NCBI GenBank assembly: GCA_965261345.1
Contig: OZ253449.1
Coordinates: 96,001 to 160,000 of the forward strand
Source of the DNA: Chloroflexota bacterium
Lineage (GTDB): Bacteria; Chloroflexota; UBA11872; VXNJ01
Length of the DNA stretch: 64,000 bases
Direction of reading: 5' to 3'
Shown: positions 43,970 through 57,759 of the stretch, piece by piece
Position numbering within the stretch: the first letter of the stretch is position 1
Layout: every line of letters starts with the position of its first letter
Position numbers and translations under genes: made by a program
The notes under the pieces: generated by a model
Database searches by the model: none
Told to the model about the DNA's origin: nothing
The model's input: only the letters and a program-made list of their open reading frames with translations

Positions 43970-44406
43970 CCATCCCGGACCAGAGTCCGGGTACAGCACC
44001 GCAGCCGCCGGTCGCCGCCTACGAGAAACTGCGCCGCCAGGCGCTCGCTCCCGACGGGGGCTCGGACTGGCGCAGCCTGGCGATCATCCGCCGACGAGGG
44101 ATCCCGGCCTGGCTGGCCCGGCGTCCCGCATCCACGGCCCCGGGGCCATCGTCGCCGCACCGGGCCGGATCGGCCGAACTGCTCGACATCCTGCTGGGAT
44201 TGGCGCTGGGATCGGAGTCCGGCGGTGATCGATCAGATGCAACGCAGGGTGACCGCGCAGCATCTTGCCCGCCGGGCCTTCCTGTACGTGCGGCAGTCAA
44301 CCCTGCGGCAGGTGATGGAGAACCGGGAGAGCACCCGCCGCCAGTACGATCTGCGCCGCCGGGCGCGTTCGCTGGGCTGGGCGCCGGAGCAGATCTGCGT
44401 CATTGA
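43960..44406 (+). CDS. Small domain in the -1 frame, probably reached by frameshifting
   Basis: AAYEKLRRQAL..SLAIIRRRGIPAWL; no start codon before this motif. Confidence 0.55.
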   Translation, partial: KKLTIPDQSPGTAPQPPVAAYEKLRRQALAPDGGSDWRSLAIIRRRGIPAWLARRPASTAPGPSSPHRAGSAELLDILLGLALGSESGGDRSDATQGDRAASCPPGLPVRAAVNPAAGDGEPGEHPPPVRSAPPGAFAGLGAGADLRH

Positions 44407-46298
44407 CTCGGACCTGGGGCGGTCGGGAGCCGACTCGGACCGCAAGGGTTTCCAGCGTCTGGTCAGCGAGGTGTCGCTGGGGCGGGCCGGGATCGTGCTG
44501 GGCCTGGAGGTCTCGCGCCTGGCGCGCAACAACGCCGACTGGCATCGCCTGCTGGAGCTGTGCGCGCAGTCAGACACATTGATCCTGGACGAGGATGGGA
44601 TCTACAGCCCGGCCCAGTACAACGACCGCCTGCTGCTGGGCCTTAAAGGCACCATGTCGGAGGCCGAGCTGCACGTGATGAAGGCCCGCCTGCTGGGCGG
44701 AGTGCGGGCCAAGGCCGAGCGCGGCGAGCTGCGCTGCCGGCTGCCGGTGGGCTTTGTCTACGATCCGCTGGATAGGGTCGCGCTCGATCCCGACGCCCAG
44801 GTACGCGACACCCTAAAGACGTTCTTTACCGTCTACGAGCGCACCGGTTCGGCGCGGGCGGTGGTCGTCTACTTCAACACTCGCTCGCTCTCCTTCCCGA
44901 CGCGCCCCTACCACGGGCCGCGCAAGGACGAACTCTTCTGGGACCAGCTCACCCACGCGCGCGCCATCCTGGTCCTGTCACAACCCGCGCTACGCCGGAG
45001 CGTTCGCCTGGGGGCGCTATCGCACCCGGCGCGTCAACGGACGCGACCGCAGGGTACGGACGCCCCGGGACGAGTGGAGGGTGCTGATCACCGATCACCA
45101 CCCCGGTTACATCACCTGGGAGCGGTTCGAGCGCAACCAGGAGACGCTCTCGCGGTCGGCCCGTTCCTGGAGGCGCGAGGGCCAGGGCGGTCCGCCGCGC
45201 GAGGGATCGGCGCTCCTGCAGGGCATTGCCGTCTGCGGGAAATGCGGCAAACGCATGACGACCCACTATGACAATCGCGGCCGGCAACTCAGGCCCCGCT
45301 ATGTCTGTCGCCGCGAGGGCGTCGACAAGGGGCTGCCGGTCTGCCAGTCGGTTCCCGGGACGGCGATCGATGCGGCGGTCGCGGAGCTGGTGCTCGAACT
45401 TATGAATCCGCAGATGCTCGAGTTGGCGCTCTCGGCCCAGGACGAGCTGCGGCGGCGCATTCACGAGGCCGATGCATTGCGGGCCAAGGCGGTGCAGCGG
45501 CTGGAGGAGGAGGTCGACCTGGCGGGGCGACGCCATCGGATGGCCGATCCGTCCAACCGCCTGGTAGTCGATGTGCTCGAGGCCGAGTGGAACGCCTGCC
45601 TGCTGCGCCTGCAGGACGCGTCAGACGAGCAGGCCAGGCAGCGCGAGCAGGACCGGGCCGAGCTGAGCGAGCGCCAGCGCAAGCGGATCAAGGCCCTGGC
45701 GACCGACTTCCCGGCGCTCTGGAGCGACCCGGCAACCCCGGCAAAGCAGCGCAAGCGCATGCTTGGCCACCTGATCGCCGATGTGACCATCGTCAAGAGT
45801 GGGGAGATCGGCGTGGGGGTGCGCCTGCGCGGCGGCGCTGACCGCCGGTTTAAGCTTCCCCTGCCGCTGTCGGCAGCCGATCGGTACCGCACCGACCCGG
45901 GCGTGGTTGCCCTGCTCGATCAACTGCTGGCGGATCACTCCTATGCCGAGATCGCCGCGATCCTTAACCAGCGCGGCGTCCGCACCGGGCGTGGCAACGC
46001 CTTCAACGCCAGGAAGGTCTACGTGCTGCGGCGCGATCACGATCTCAAGACCAGGTATGAGCGACGGCGCGATCTGGGTCTGCTCACCGGCCGCGAGGTG
46101 GCGGCGCTCCTGGGTATAGCACCGACTATGGTCAACGGCCTGCGGCGGAGTGGACGCCTGCAGGGCGCAAACACCGGTGGCAACCGCTGGCTTTACGAGA
46201 GGCCCGCCAACCTGGGCGAACTACGATCAAGCATCCGCCGACCGGTCAGATCACCAGCCGACGGTTGCGAGTCGAACGAGGTGCAGTATGCAAGGTGA
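44225..46298 (+). CDS. Large serine recombinase (about 690 aa; apparent extra T near 44978)
   Basis: YVRQST, DLGRSG, EVSRLARN, L(H)NPRYAG, CGKCG..YVC zinc ribbon, C-terminal HTH. Confidence 0.9.
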
Positions 46299-46339
46299 TC
46301 CTTGGCAACGTCGACGCCCACATACACGTCCTCGCGCAT

Positions 46340-46528
46340 GCAAAACTCCCTATAGTTACTCTCAGCGCTACGCCCTTCCTTGCAAATTCGGGGTCACGCC
46401 CACCAAGGCAATTGTTCGGGGTCTATGCGCCGGGAGATCCGGGTGCGGCGAGCGTGCTTCATTACGGTCTCAACGGACCAAGGGGAATGCGTCCTACCGC
46501 ACCCGGGACTTCCCATTTGGAACATACA
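46340..46528 (-). ncRNA. Putative IS110 bridge RNA region
   Basis: Structured left non-coding end; guides cattcccct and taatgaag match the element's flanks. Confidence 0.65.
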
Positions 46529-46699
46529 AGGGGAGCAGGCCACGTTGACGGTGGCCGATTCGGGACATATTGACGATTGCGATGGCCGGTGCGCAGCGAG
46601 AAGACGCCCGTCGCGGGGCCCGATCGGCCCCAATCCGGGTCGATCAGCCGGGTCGGTGACGGATGCGGATCAGGTCCGTTCCGACACAAATTGGGCCGG

Positions 46700-47848
46700 T
46701 CATTGATCGGTGACCTCACAGGCCCCGCTTTTTGTGGATATGATTCCCGGGGGCCAATCGGCGTCTAAACGGAACACGCCGCGCACGCATCGCTCTCCAT
46801 CATGCACGACTAATTCGCTGTCTGTGCTCGATGCGTGCCCAAGTGCTCGCAGCTCTTTCGGCACCCGATCATCCACATATGGATTCAAGTAGAGGCAGGC
46901 GGTAGCGTTCGCAACCGTCCATGGGGCAAGATCGCGAAACATCATTAGGCCATTCAACTCACTGTTTCGAATCTGACCCTGATAGTTATCGAACCACAAT
47001 CCTTGCCCGGTTCGAACCATTCCCTCTGGGATCAGTTCGTCGTCTGCGCTGTTCTTCCTCAATCGCAAAGCCTCGGAACCAAACAATGCGGCGATTTCGG
47101 CCCGATTCAAATCGGCGCTCCGTATGTTGGCCGCAACAACCAGCGGATGCTGAAGGCCCGTGTACTTGTGCGACTTCTTGTCGACCGCTTTACGTAGGCC
47201 CATTTCGGGATTCCGATCGGACATTCGCGAAGGAGCAATTACGATCAGCGAACATGTGGATGATCTCGGCACCGCCTCCAATTCGAGGCGCCAGTTACCG
47301 TACTTGATATCGACCGCTATGCAGTGCTTGAAGCCGCTTGCCCAATTCACCGCTTGAGGATCGAGGCTCTTTAACCAATTGATGACGCTACGCCTGATGG
47401 GTTTCAAAGGCGGGGCCATTTTTAGCTCGCCTACAACTCCCACGTGCAATCCGATCCCTGCAGGTGCTTCTTGGCCCAGCTCATTGAGCGTGTTGAGTAC
47501 CGGCTTTTCAAGTGGCGGGGTCGCAAATGGTTGCTCCAGGTACGTAGCCTCAACAAAAGCGGTTCCGCTGGCACCCGAGACTAGGAAATCGGGCGCCGAA
47601 CCGCCGTCGAGTTTCGGCCCAACTTCCACCGACATCCCGAGGCGAAGAAACAATTCGTGCAAGAAGAGCTCAAAAAACGCGCCGTCGTGATTCGTGTCCC
47701 CGCTTCTAAATCGGGCGCGCAAATCACCTCGTGGATCCGGAAACCGCGCATACCAGCGCTCAAGCTCTTCGCGGACGGTCTGCATGTAGCGCTTTGGCGA
47801 ACGATTCACCCTCTCAAACCGCGAAACGGGTTCAATTTCGTCAATCAT
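46700..47848 (-). CDS. Putative PD-(D/E)XK-like nuclease
   Basis: GAFFELFLHELF..PDFLV..FVEAT pattern. Confidence 0.6.
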   Translation of the reverse strand: MIDEIEPVSRFERVNRSPKRYMQTVREELERWYARFPDPRGDLRARFRSGDTNHDGAFFELFLHELFLRLGMSVEVGPKLDGGSAPDFLVSGASGTAFVEATYLEQPFATPPLEKPVLNTLNELGQEAPAGIGLHVGVVGELKMAPPLKPIRRSVINWLKSLDPQAVNWASGFKHCIAVDIKYGNWRLELEAVPRSSTCSLIVIAPSRMSDRNPEMGLRKAVDKKSHKYTGLQHPLVVAANIRSADLNRAEIAALFGSEALRLRKNSADDELIPEGMVRTGQGLWFDNYQGQIRNSELNGLMMFRDLAPWTVANATACLYLNPYVDDRVPKELRALGHASSTDSELVVHDGERCVRGVFRLDADWPPGIISTKSGACEVTDQ

Positions 47849-48451
47849 TTCGGTGCAATCGAGGCGGTCGAATAGATGGCGGGCGTTATTGATTCGAAGG
47901 CGCCTTTCAATTGGTGCGGACGATAGCAAGCCTAACGCCGGTTACACGAATATCGTGTGGAATCATCGGCTTTTTCGTGGCTGAAATGGTGATGGACGAT
48001 CTTGCAATTCGACGGGGGCCACGCCCGAATATTGATTCACCAAATCTCGCGACATCATCGTGATACTCGCCAGTGGACCTCGACGGTCAACACCTGGAAG
48101 TGACTGAAGGCAATCACGCATCGAATCTGCGACCAGATTCCTCAAAACGATTAAGTCCTATGGCAAATTTGGGTAGATTTAATTTGCGGTATCGAACCAT
48201 TGGATTTCTCGCGCAATATCTCCTGGTCGGGAGCGCGCAGGTTGCTACATGATTTCCGCTGCTGCTTACCGACGCCTATTGAAGGTTCGATCGCACATTT
48301 GCGGCCGACACCATACCAATGAATCTTGCGGCTCAAATCGGGCGGCGGGCAGCGTTAGCGACCTGGACGTCAAGTCGAGGTCGTGGAAGGGCATTCCCGG
48401 CGACGACATGGCCGTGTTGCGCTTTGGGCGCACGGGTGTGAACGTTGGCAG

Positions 48452-48479
48452 ATTGACGATAATAGGAGTTAAGTCTACG
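48452..48479 (+). other. dif-like XerC/XerD site
   Basis: attgacgataa-taggag-ttaagtctacg. Confidence 0.55.
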
Positions 48480-48633
48480 CCCCGGACGATTTCACGTTAA
48501 TCCGCACGACCTTTGAAAACTGGGCAATTGCTGGCTTACAACTTTTTACTGAGGACGAATCCCTTCATCTGTACCACAAGCAGCGCGAATTCACATCTAG
48601 GTCATTTCAAGAAATGCGAGAGGTTGTTTCGAA

Positions 48634-49992
48634 TTAAGCGCTTTGCTTTGAGCGAGTCAATAACGCGTCGACGGCAAGTCGTTGGTCGGCGTCAGCTTTA
48701 CCGCCTGGGAAGAGCACGCCTTCGTCAACCAGTACTTGTGTTGGGTCTCGCTTATCCGTAGGGTCTGACCAGTTGAAGTTGTCTGAAACCGATCCGTCGG
48801 AATTAAGCACTCTGTACCCCCCGGAGCAATCCCCGCATGTGGCAATGTGTCTCCCGACAGCAATAGGAGAACTCTCAACCAACTTGGCCAAATCGCCGTA
48901 CGTAGTCCACTCCCCAGATCGCACTTCGTTCAGTAGTTTGTGAAGTGCATCCCAATCCCGCCTAATTCCCCGGGCCCAACTAAACCCCGCCAATTCAGCG
49001 AGCGACTTCCCGCTCCTCGATTGCCAAGCTTCGGGCCCGTTGATAACAGCGAGCAATTCTCCTGTGGCCCTTACTCCGATTTCCTTTGCCAGTCCGGTTG
49101 GACTCCAATTCTTGCCGTCGATCGACCAAGTCAATGGCAAGCGGGAGTGGTTACGCCATGTTGCTAAGGCTCGCCCCGGCTTTTCTGCCAGCCAGTTAGC
49201 GATTTTTGGCCGCATTCTCACCGGGAAAGCTTCGACAACCAAGTCTAATTGCACACCATCGTCAAGCAAGCCGCCGTCAACAATTTTCTTGGTTGCAGTT
49301 GCCTCTCGACGGCTACGCGTCCTCTCCCGAACACCCCCTGGCGGTACTGGATTAACGACGAATTCTTCGGCATCGGGAATAGGCCACGTTTGCGATACCG
49401 TGAGCACGATTTCTTTACCAGTTTTCCAGGCGCCAAATTCGATTAGCGACACATCTATTCCCATTTCTGTCAACCACACGGCGCTTGCCGAGACCTGTGG
49501 TGGGAAGCCCTCCGCCATCAAAATGATCCTGGGTCGTTTCAGTAATTCAGGATCGAAATCTCCTCCGATGTGGTCCTCGAGAATTCCGCGGGCTTCGTCT
49601 TCACTGACCTGTGATTCACCAACGTCAGTCAGGTATCGGGCGTGACAGGCAGCAAGCGTCGAGGAATTGAACCGGCTCGCCATGGCTGCATATTTGATCG
49701 CTTGAGTCTCCACAAAATCGGGAGCCAATCCACGCTTCAATTCGGTTACAACGAGTCTTCCGTCCTCGTCGATCCCCAACAGGTCAAGGCGATCTAGCGG
49801 TCGGCTATTGCGACTTTGCCAAGAACTGAATTCGAGGGCAACTATACGCACTGAGTCGCCAAGTATTTTTGGATTTTCTCGGACCCACTCTTGCAAGTGT
49901 GTTCGTTCGCGAAAACCCGCATCCGCTAGCGAAATTCGCTGTGAGGGTAGAGCATTTCCCGATTCAATCGTGAAGACTTGTTCGTCTCCCAA
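48634..49992 (-). CDS. NucS-like nuclease + RAMA-like + alkyltransferase-like (ATL) fusion
   Basis: ERTHLQEW, RLDLLGID..LVVTELKR..QAIKYAA; SPTGLA..NGPEAW..GKSLAEL; WTTYGDLA..AVG..YRVLNSDG. Confidence 0.75.
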   Translation of the reverse strand: MGDEQVFTIESGNALPSQRISLADAGFRERTHLQEWVRENPKILGDSVRIVALEFSSWQSRNSRPLDRLDLLGIDEDGRLVVTELKRGLAPDFVETQAIKYAAMASRFNSSTLAACHARYLTDVGESQVSEDEARGILEDHIGGDFDPELLKRPRIILMAEGFPPQVSASAVWLTEMGIDVSLIEFGAWKTGKEIVLTVSQTWPIPDAEEFVVNPVPPGGVRERTRSRREATATKKIVDGGLLDDGVQLDLVVEAFPVRMRPKIANWLAEKPGRALATWRNHSRLPLTWSIDGKNWSPTGLAKEIGVRATGELLAVINGPEAWQSRSGKSLAELAGFSWARGIRRDWDALHKLLNEVRSGEWTTYGDLAKLVESSPIAVGRHIATCGDCSGGYRVLNSDGSVSDNFNWSDPTDKRDPTQVLVDEGVLFPGGKADADQRLAVDALLTRSKQSA

Positions 49993-50113
49993 GTTAAATC
50001 CCCTTTGACCAACTGCGCGGTAGATTCGGTCCGCAGAAATTCATTGCCAAACCGATTATTGGCCAACGAGTTGGATTCATTCTGGCCCACGACAACGATG
50101 CGCTTGTAACCGT

Positions 50114-52525
<2,412 letters not shown>

Positions 52526-52987
52526 GGGATCCCACTTGATCGCGTCGTAACCCATCTCGACCATGCTCAGTGCGGCTGCCGCGCCCTCGGCGGGATCGGT
52601 CGTCCCTCGCTTGAACCAACCGTTGGCGTAGGTGCGCAGGCGATCGCGGACCTTGCCGCCGAGGAGTTCGTATACGGGAACCCCCAGGGCCTTGCCCTTA
52701 ATGTCCCATAGCGCCTGGTCGATACCGGCGAGCGCCGACATGCTCACCGCCCCACCGCTCCAATAGGTCCCGCGGTGAATAGCCAACCAGATTTTTTCAA
52801 TCTGCATCGGGTCGCGGCCGATAAGGCCCTTGGCCAGTTCAGTCACCTCGGCCCGGACTGATGTTTCGCGGTTTTCGGTGCTGGCTTCCCCCCAGCCGGT
52901 GATCCCGGCATCGGTTTCGATCTTGATAAATAGCCAGTTGTGGTGGCCGCCGGCGGTGACGATGGTGGAGATATTGCTGATCAGCAT
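52526..52987 (-). pseudogene. Mandelate racemase/galactonate dehydratase family, truncated by IS110
   Basis: FIKIETDAGITGWGE, IDQALWDIKGKALGVPVYELLGG, AIKWDP, then IS. Confidence 0.9.
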
Positions 52988-53279
52988 TGCGTTTCGGCTC
53001 GCATTGGCGTTGGTGGACCCGCCTCAAATTATTGGGCCAATATGCCGCCACCGCATCGCTTTCGCAGCGCCGCGGCTAAGGGGTAGCCAATTTTCCCGGC
53101 AGAATCCGATGGCGACGCAACGGTTCGCCGGCCAGCCTGGCCGATCGGGGCATACATGTACGGAAAGTGCGGCGTGTTTACGACGCGCCGTATCGCCGGA
53201 ATCCGTGGCTGCAAAGAATTTGCGATGGTTGTCTCGGAATTGATTCGCACAGTGCATCAATCAATCGCCCACAAAAGGT

Positions 53280-53951
53280 TCATCCACTCTCGCGCCTAGA
53301 TCCCGGATTTGCGAGCCAGGCAAAGTCGAAGTCGGTGAGGCGGTCGATAGCGTAGTCGGCGGCGGAGACGCCCATTCCGGCGGTGGACTCGGTTCGGACG
53401 GCAACGGCGATCATGCCGGCGGCTTTGGCCGAAGCGATGCCGGAAGGGGTGTCATCTAAGGTGAGATATCGCTCCGGGGGTATGCCGAGCTTTTCAGCGG
53501 AGAGCAGGTAGAGGTCGGGGGCGGGCTTGGTGGCGGCGACCATGTCCGAGGTGGCAATGGCCTCAAAAGCGTCGGCGACGCCAAGCCGATTGAGGATGAT
53601 ATCGGCCCATTTAGTTGTGGATCCCGTGGCCAGGCCGATTCGGACGCCCCGTTCCTTAAGACCGGCGAGCAGCCATCCGAGGCCCTCGGCGGCGACGGCG
53701 TTGGCGGCGAGTATTTCGGCTACGGCATCGTCGTAAGCGGGAATCCAGTCGTCGACATTCCCAGCGAGGTTGAAACGGTCGATTAAGAAGAGCCAGGTGT
53801 ACCTGAGGCTCCTGCCCATCACAGCGCGGTGGTCATCGTCGGTGGGGGTGAGACCTTCCTGCCTCAGGACAACGTTTATGGCCTGGGCGTAGAGAGGTTC
53901 GCTATCGGTGATGACTCCGTCCATGTCAAAGATGACGGCGTGTTCGATCAA
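53280..53951 (-). CDS. HAD-family phosphatase
   Basis: IFDMDGVITDSE, KPAPDLY, DDTPSGI. Confidence 0.9.
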   Translation of the reverse strand: MIEHAVIFDMDGVITDSEPLYAQAINVVLRQEGLTPTDDDHRAVMGRSLRYTWLFLIDRFNLAGNVDDWIPAYDDAVAEILAANAVAAEGLGWLLAGLKERGVRIGLATGSTTKWADIILNRLGVADAFEAIATSDMVAATKPAPDLYLLSAEKLGIPPERYLTLDDTPSGIASAKAAGMIAVAVRTESTAGMGVSAADYAIDRLTDFDFAWLANPGSRRESG

Positions 53952-54044
53952 GAAATCTCGTGGGTGTACAACGGGGTCTTTAAGCCCTGAAAGAGCTCAC
54001 TGAACGACCATTCAATTGGATTACGAGGGTATTGCAGCAGCCTT

Positions 54045-54464
54045 TCACAGCACCCGGAAGCCCTCCAGCTGCGCGGCTATTGCCAATCGATCATCGTTGG
54101 TCACAAAGTCGAGAGTTTCCGGCGTGTTGTCGGCAGCAATTAGGGCAGCTGCCAACTGCAATGCATCTGCGGCGCGCAAAGAGTGGATCCGAAGAAGTCT
54201 CATTGCGATTCGTCGCACTTGGTCGACTGGGGGAATTTGGACCCAGTGCGTTGCAAAGTGGTCCAGATTTGACACCAATTGGGTAAGGGTGGCAACGTCA
54301 ATCAATTGCTCTCGCTGGAGCCGATTCAACGCAGAAGCGCACTCCACCAAACTCCCCCACCATGTAACAACGCCTCGATCACTCCGAAGTACCTCTCGCC
54401 TTGCAGTGCTGGTCGATTCGTTGACCAAAAGGGGCAATAGGCCGGACGAGTCCCAATATTTCAC
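54045..54464 (-). CDS. vapC: VapC PIN-domain toxin
   Basis: YWDSSGL, LRAADALQLAAA, FVTNDDRL. Confidence 0.9.
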   Translation of the reverse strand: MKYWDSSGLLPLLVNESTSTARREVLRSDRGVVTWWGSLVECASALNRLQREQLIDVATLTQLVSNLDHFATHWVQIPPVDQVRRIAMRLLRIHSLRAADALQLAAALIAADNTPETLDFVTNDDRLAIAAQLEGFRVL

Positions 54465-54760
54465 CGGGATTCCCCACGCTCCTCAACGATGTAATCGCTG
54501 GCGTCGACGCCTTCAGGAAGGTTCGGGCGAGGAGTGGCGAGGAATCTCTCAACGTCAATTAAATTCCGCGGAGGAACTGCCAATCCTCTGGCCGCCAATG
54601 ATTTGACCCGGTCGCCGTCTGGCACATCGGCCAGACTGCATGGGTCGATTCGCGCCACTGGCTTGCCGCGGTGAGTGATAACTACGGTCTCGCCTTGCCG
54701 AACTTCTTCGATCAGTGCGCTCAAGCTGGCACGGGCTTGGCTCACGCTCACATTCTTCAT
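54461..54760 (-). CDS. Phd/YefM antitoxin
   Basis: VSVSQARASLS..VRQGETVVITHRGKPVARI. Confidence 0.9.
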   Translation of the reverse strand: MKNVSVSQARASLSALIEEVRQGETVVITHRGKPVARIDPCSLADVPDGDRVKSLAARGLAVPPRNLIDVERFLATPRPNLPEGVDASDYIVEERGESR

Positions 54761-55210
54761 CTGTACCAATAGGCTTTTACGTGTTAGCTAAATACGCTCA
54801 CAGTAATTGTAGTGACAGAACTTGAGGCGTGAGATCCAATGCGGATTCGCCGGTTTATTGAGCTTGGCAACAGCGTCGAAATCCGGGGTGCCGCAATCGG
54901 GATGCGCCGGCAAGTTCAGCCCTCTATTGACGCTAATTGCCTTGAGGTGCCGAGCAATCTCAATTGGGTCGAATCCCGACGAATCGGAGGGTTGCGAACT
55001 GAATTGAACGAATCATTGTTGTAATGATTAGGTTGAATGCGATGGTCAAGACCCTGGAGTCAATCCGCTTGACGGCGGCCTGCGGCGCAATGCCTAGGGA
55101 TGGCGTGTGGTGCAACAGCACTTTGTTGGAACCCTGGAAACGTTACGATTCTGTGAAGTAACTGATAAAGACTCGGGTCAATTGGACCCGACGCTGAGGC
55201 AGGGCCAGTC

Positions 55211-55828
55211 ATGAGCAGCGTCATTTACTGCCTCCAGAACCCGGCAATGCCGGACCTTGTCAAGATTGGCAAAACCTCTATTGACATCGAGCAAAGACTG
55301 CGCTCGCTCGACAATACGAGCATCCTTCTGCCGTTTGAATGCGTTCTCGCGTTAGAGGTGGAAGCGTCTGATGAAGCCGAGCGCTTGTTGCACGAAGTTT
55401 TCGGCGACCACCGGATCGGCAAAGCCCGCGAGTTCTTTGCGGCAAACCCAAGTCGAGTAATGGCAGCTATGCGTCTTATCAAGGGCGTTGACGTAACGCC
55501 GACGCCTGATTACTCTGACGATCCAGATACTGGCCGCGCGGTTGAGGCAGCTCACAAGATCCGGGAGGCGTTTAACTTCCGGATGGTTGGCATCGAACCG
55601 GGTACCGAAATCTATTTCCGAGCCAACGCCGACGATGACGGATCGATTACGGCCACAGTCCACTCTCCCAATCGCATCGTTTTTGAAGGCGAGCAAACCT
55701 CGCTATCAGCCGCTGCCATAAGAATCCAACAAGGCCGTGGATACAAAGGAAGTAGCGCTGCGGGGCCAAGCTATTGATATATAGATAGCGAATCCTTAGA
55801 CGAGCGCCGCAGCCGCATGGGACGTTAA
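55211..55828 (+). CDS. T5orf172/GIY-YIG protein with RAMA-like C-terminus; premature TGA at 55775
   Basis: VIYCLQNPAMPDLVKIGKT..RL..L, E..LH, REFF; SLSAAA..GPSY*Y..ESLDERR. Confidence 0.8.
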
Positions 55829-56313
55829 GGGGTAGATTCCAACATCGACCCAGGTGTGGCTTTCGGCTCGCTACAGCGGCAATCGCCTACTGTCATCGAT
55901 GAGCGGTGAGCAAACCACTGCGCCGTGGTCGGATATGCCTTGCCCAGCTCCAATCAACGGAGCTAGCGTGAGCTTCTCTGGGTGTGATTCGAATTCCTCG
56001 TCTGAATCGATCGAAGCGTCGACAGCCGCCTCGGTTTCCCTCAGCGCGGGCGAAAACCTCCAGCATGCGGCAGCATACGACCGCAAATGCATGCCCGCCG
56101 ACCAGACCAATTAATTTTTCGGTAGCACCCAATCGAAGGGGCGTAAGCTGATCTCGACCGATTGTGACCGGCTTGGCCAAACGGCGAATCGGGGCTCCAA
56201 AACCGCTACCGGCGCCCCGGGCGGAGGCGCCCATCGCGCTTCGACGGACCGGGGCGCTTGATGTACAGTTTGGAAAGTACCTGCCATAACGTAAAGGTGT
56301 CCAGGAGGAAGCA

Positions 56314-57474
56314 GTGGGGGAAGCTGGGTCTGCATACCGGCCGCTGGCGGAAATGCGCCAGGATCTGCGCGTCAAGTGGTATCGCTGCCCAATTGAGCAC
56401 CGCGTCTTGCGGGAACTCTCGCGGCGCAGCGATTTAAAGGGGTTTGCCCAGGCCGGTGGACATCTCGCCCTCTTTCTGGCCACCGGCGCGCTGACCTATT
56501 TCCTGTGGTTGCAGGAAATATGGATTGCGTTTCTGGCGGCGCTGTTCTTGCACGGAACGGTAGCCAGCTTCTGGAATGGGGTCGCCGGCCACGAGTTAAC
56601 GCACGGCTCGGTTTTCAAGACCAAGTGGCTAAACAAGCTATTCCTATATACGTTCACCACCATCAGTTGGTTCGACCCGTTCGATTACTCCGCCAGCCAT
56701 ACCTATCACCACCGCTACACCCTTCACCCCGAGGGCGATCGCGAAGTCCTGTTGCCGCAAAGCCCCACCGTTGGCAGGACTTTCCTGATCCAGCTATTAA
56801 CCGTGAATCTCTTCACCCATCCCGGACGCTCGCTTTCCAAGGGCGGGCTGATCGCAACCATCCTGTGCACGGCCCGCTCGGCCCTGGGGCCGGCCGGCTC
56901 GAATTTGTTCTTTCACAACGAGTGGCTCGATTCGGTGCACCGGGACCAACCGCGCCAGCATATGCGATCTGCCTGGTTCTCACGCTGGCAACTCCTTTTC
57001 CACAGTGCGGTGCTGGTGGTCTCGATCGCGACCGGCCAATGGGTGTGGGTGCTCCTGCTCAGCGTGGCCTCGTATATCGGAAACTGGGGTCGTTACGCCT
57101 GCGTGATGGCGCAGCACTGCGGTCTCATGGACAACACGCCCGACTTCCGCAAGTGCGTGCGCTCGATGACCATGATCTGGCCGCTGGAATTTCTTTACTG
57201 GAACATGAACTGGCACCTTGAGCACCACATGTACGCCGGCGTGCCGTGCTACAACCTCAAGAAACTGCACAAGGCAATCGCCCACGACATGCCCAAGCCG
57301 CGCACCCTGGTCAGCGCCTGGCGGGAGATGCGCCATGTATGGGACCGCCAGCAGGAAGACCCGGACTACCAGTTCGACACTCCCCTGCCGGAAGGGGCCG
57401 GGCGGGTCGGCCGCGACAAATCAAATGCGCTTGAGGCTTCAATCGGCGATTTGGCGCCCAAAGAGCTGGCCTGA
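56314..57474 (+). CDS. Fatty-acid-desaturase-family membrane di-iron protein
   Basis: His boxes HELTH, HTYHH, HLEHH. Confidence 0.9.
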   Translation: MGEAGSAYRPLAEMRQDLRVKWYRCPIEHRVLRELSRRSDLKGFAQAGGHLALFLATGALTYFLWLQEIWIAFLAALFLHGTVASFWNGVAGHELTHGSVFKTKWLNKLFLYTFTTISWFDPFDYSASHTYHHRYTLHPEGDREVLLPQSPTVGRTFLIQLLTVNLFTHPGRSLSKGGLIATILCTARSALGPAGSNLFFHNEWLDSVHRDQPRQHMRSAWFSRWQLLFHSAVLVVSIATGQWVWVLLLSVASYIGNWGRYACVMAQHCGLMDNTPDFRKCVRSMTMIWPLEFLYWNMNWHLEHHMYAGVPCYNLKKLHKAIAHDMPKPRTLVSAWREMRHVWDRQQEDPDYQFDTPLPEGAGRVGRDKSNALEASIGDLAPKELA

Positions 57475-57759
57475 TCGTTTCAACCGGCTGCCGCGTCCGC
57501 GCCGCGGACGGTGTTGACGCGAGCGCGCCCCTTTTTGGCAGACTTGGCTTAGATGACCGAGTCCCTTCCCGCAGCGGCCGATAGACCAAATTGCCGGGGG
57601 ACCGTGCAACTGCTTTGGCGACGGCCGCCGGATTTATATTTGGCATAAGGAAACCACGGATGTGGAACAAAGTGTTGGCGGTTGTGGACCCGTCCGAAAA
57701 GGGTTGCACCCTTTTAGCCGGCGTCGCCACAACCTGGTCGGAGCGAAGCGGGAGCGAAT

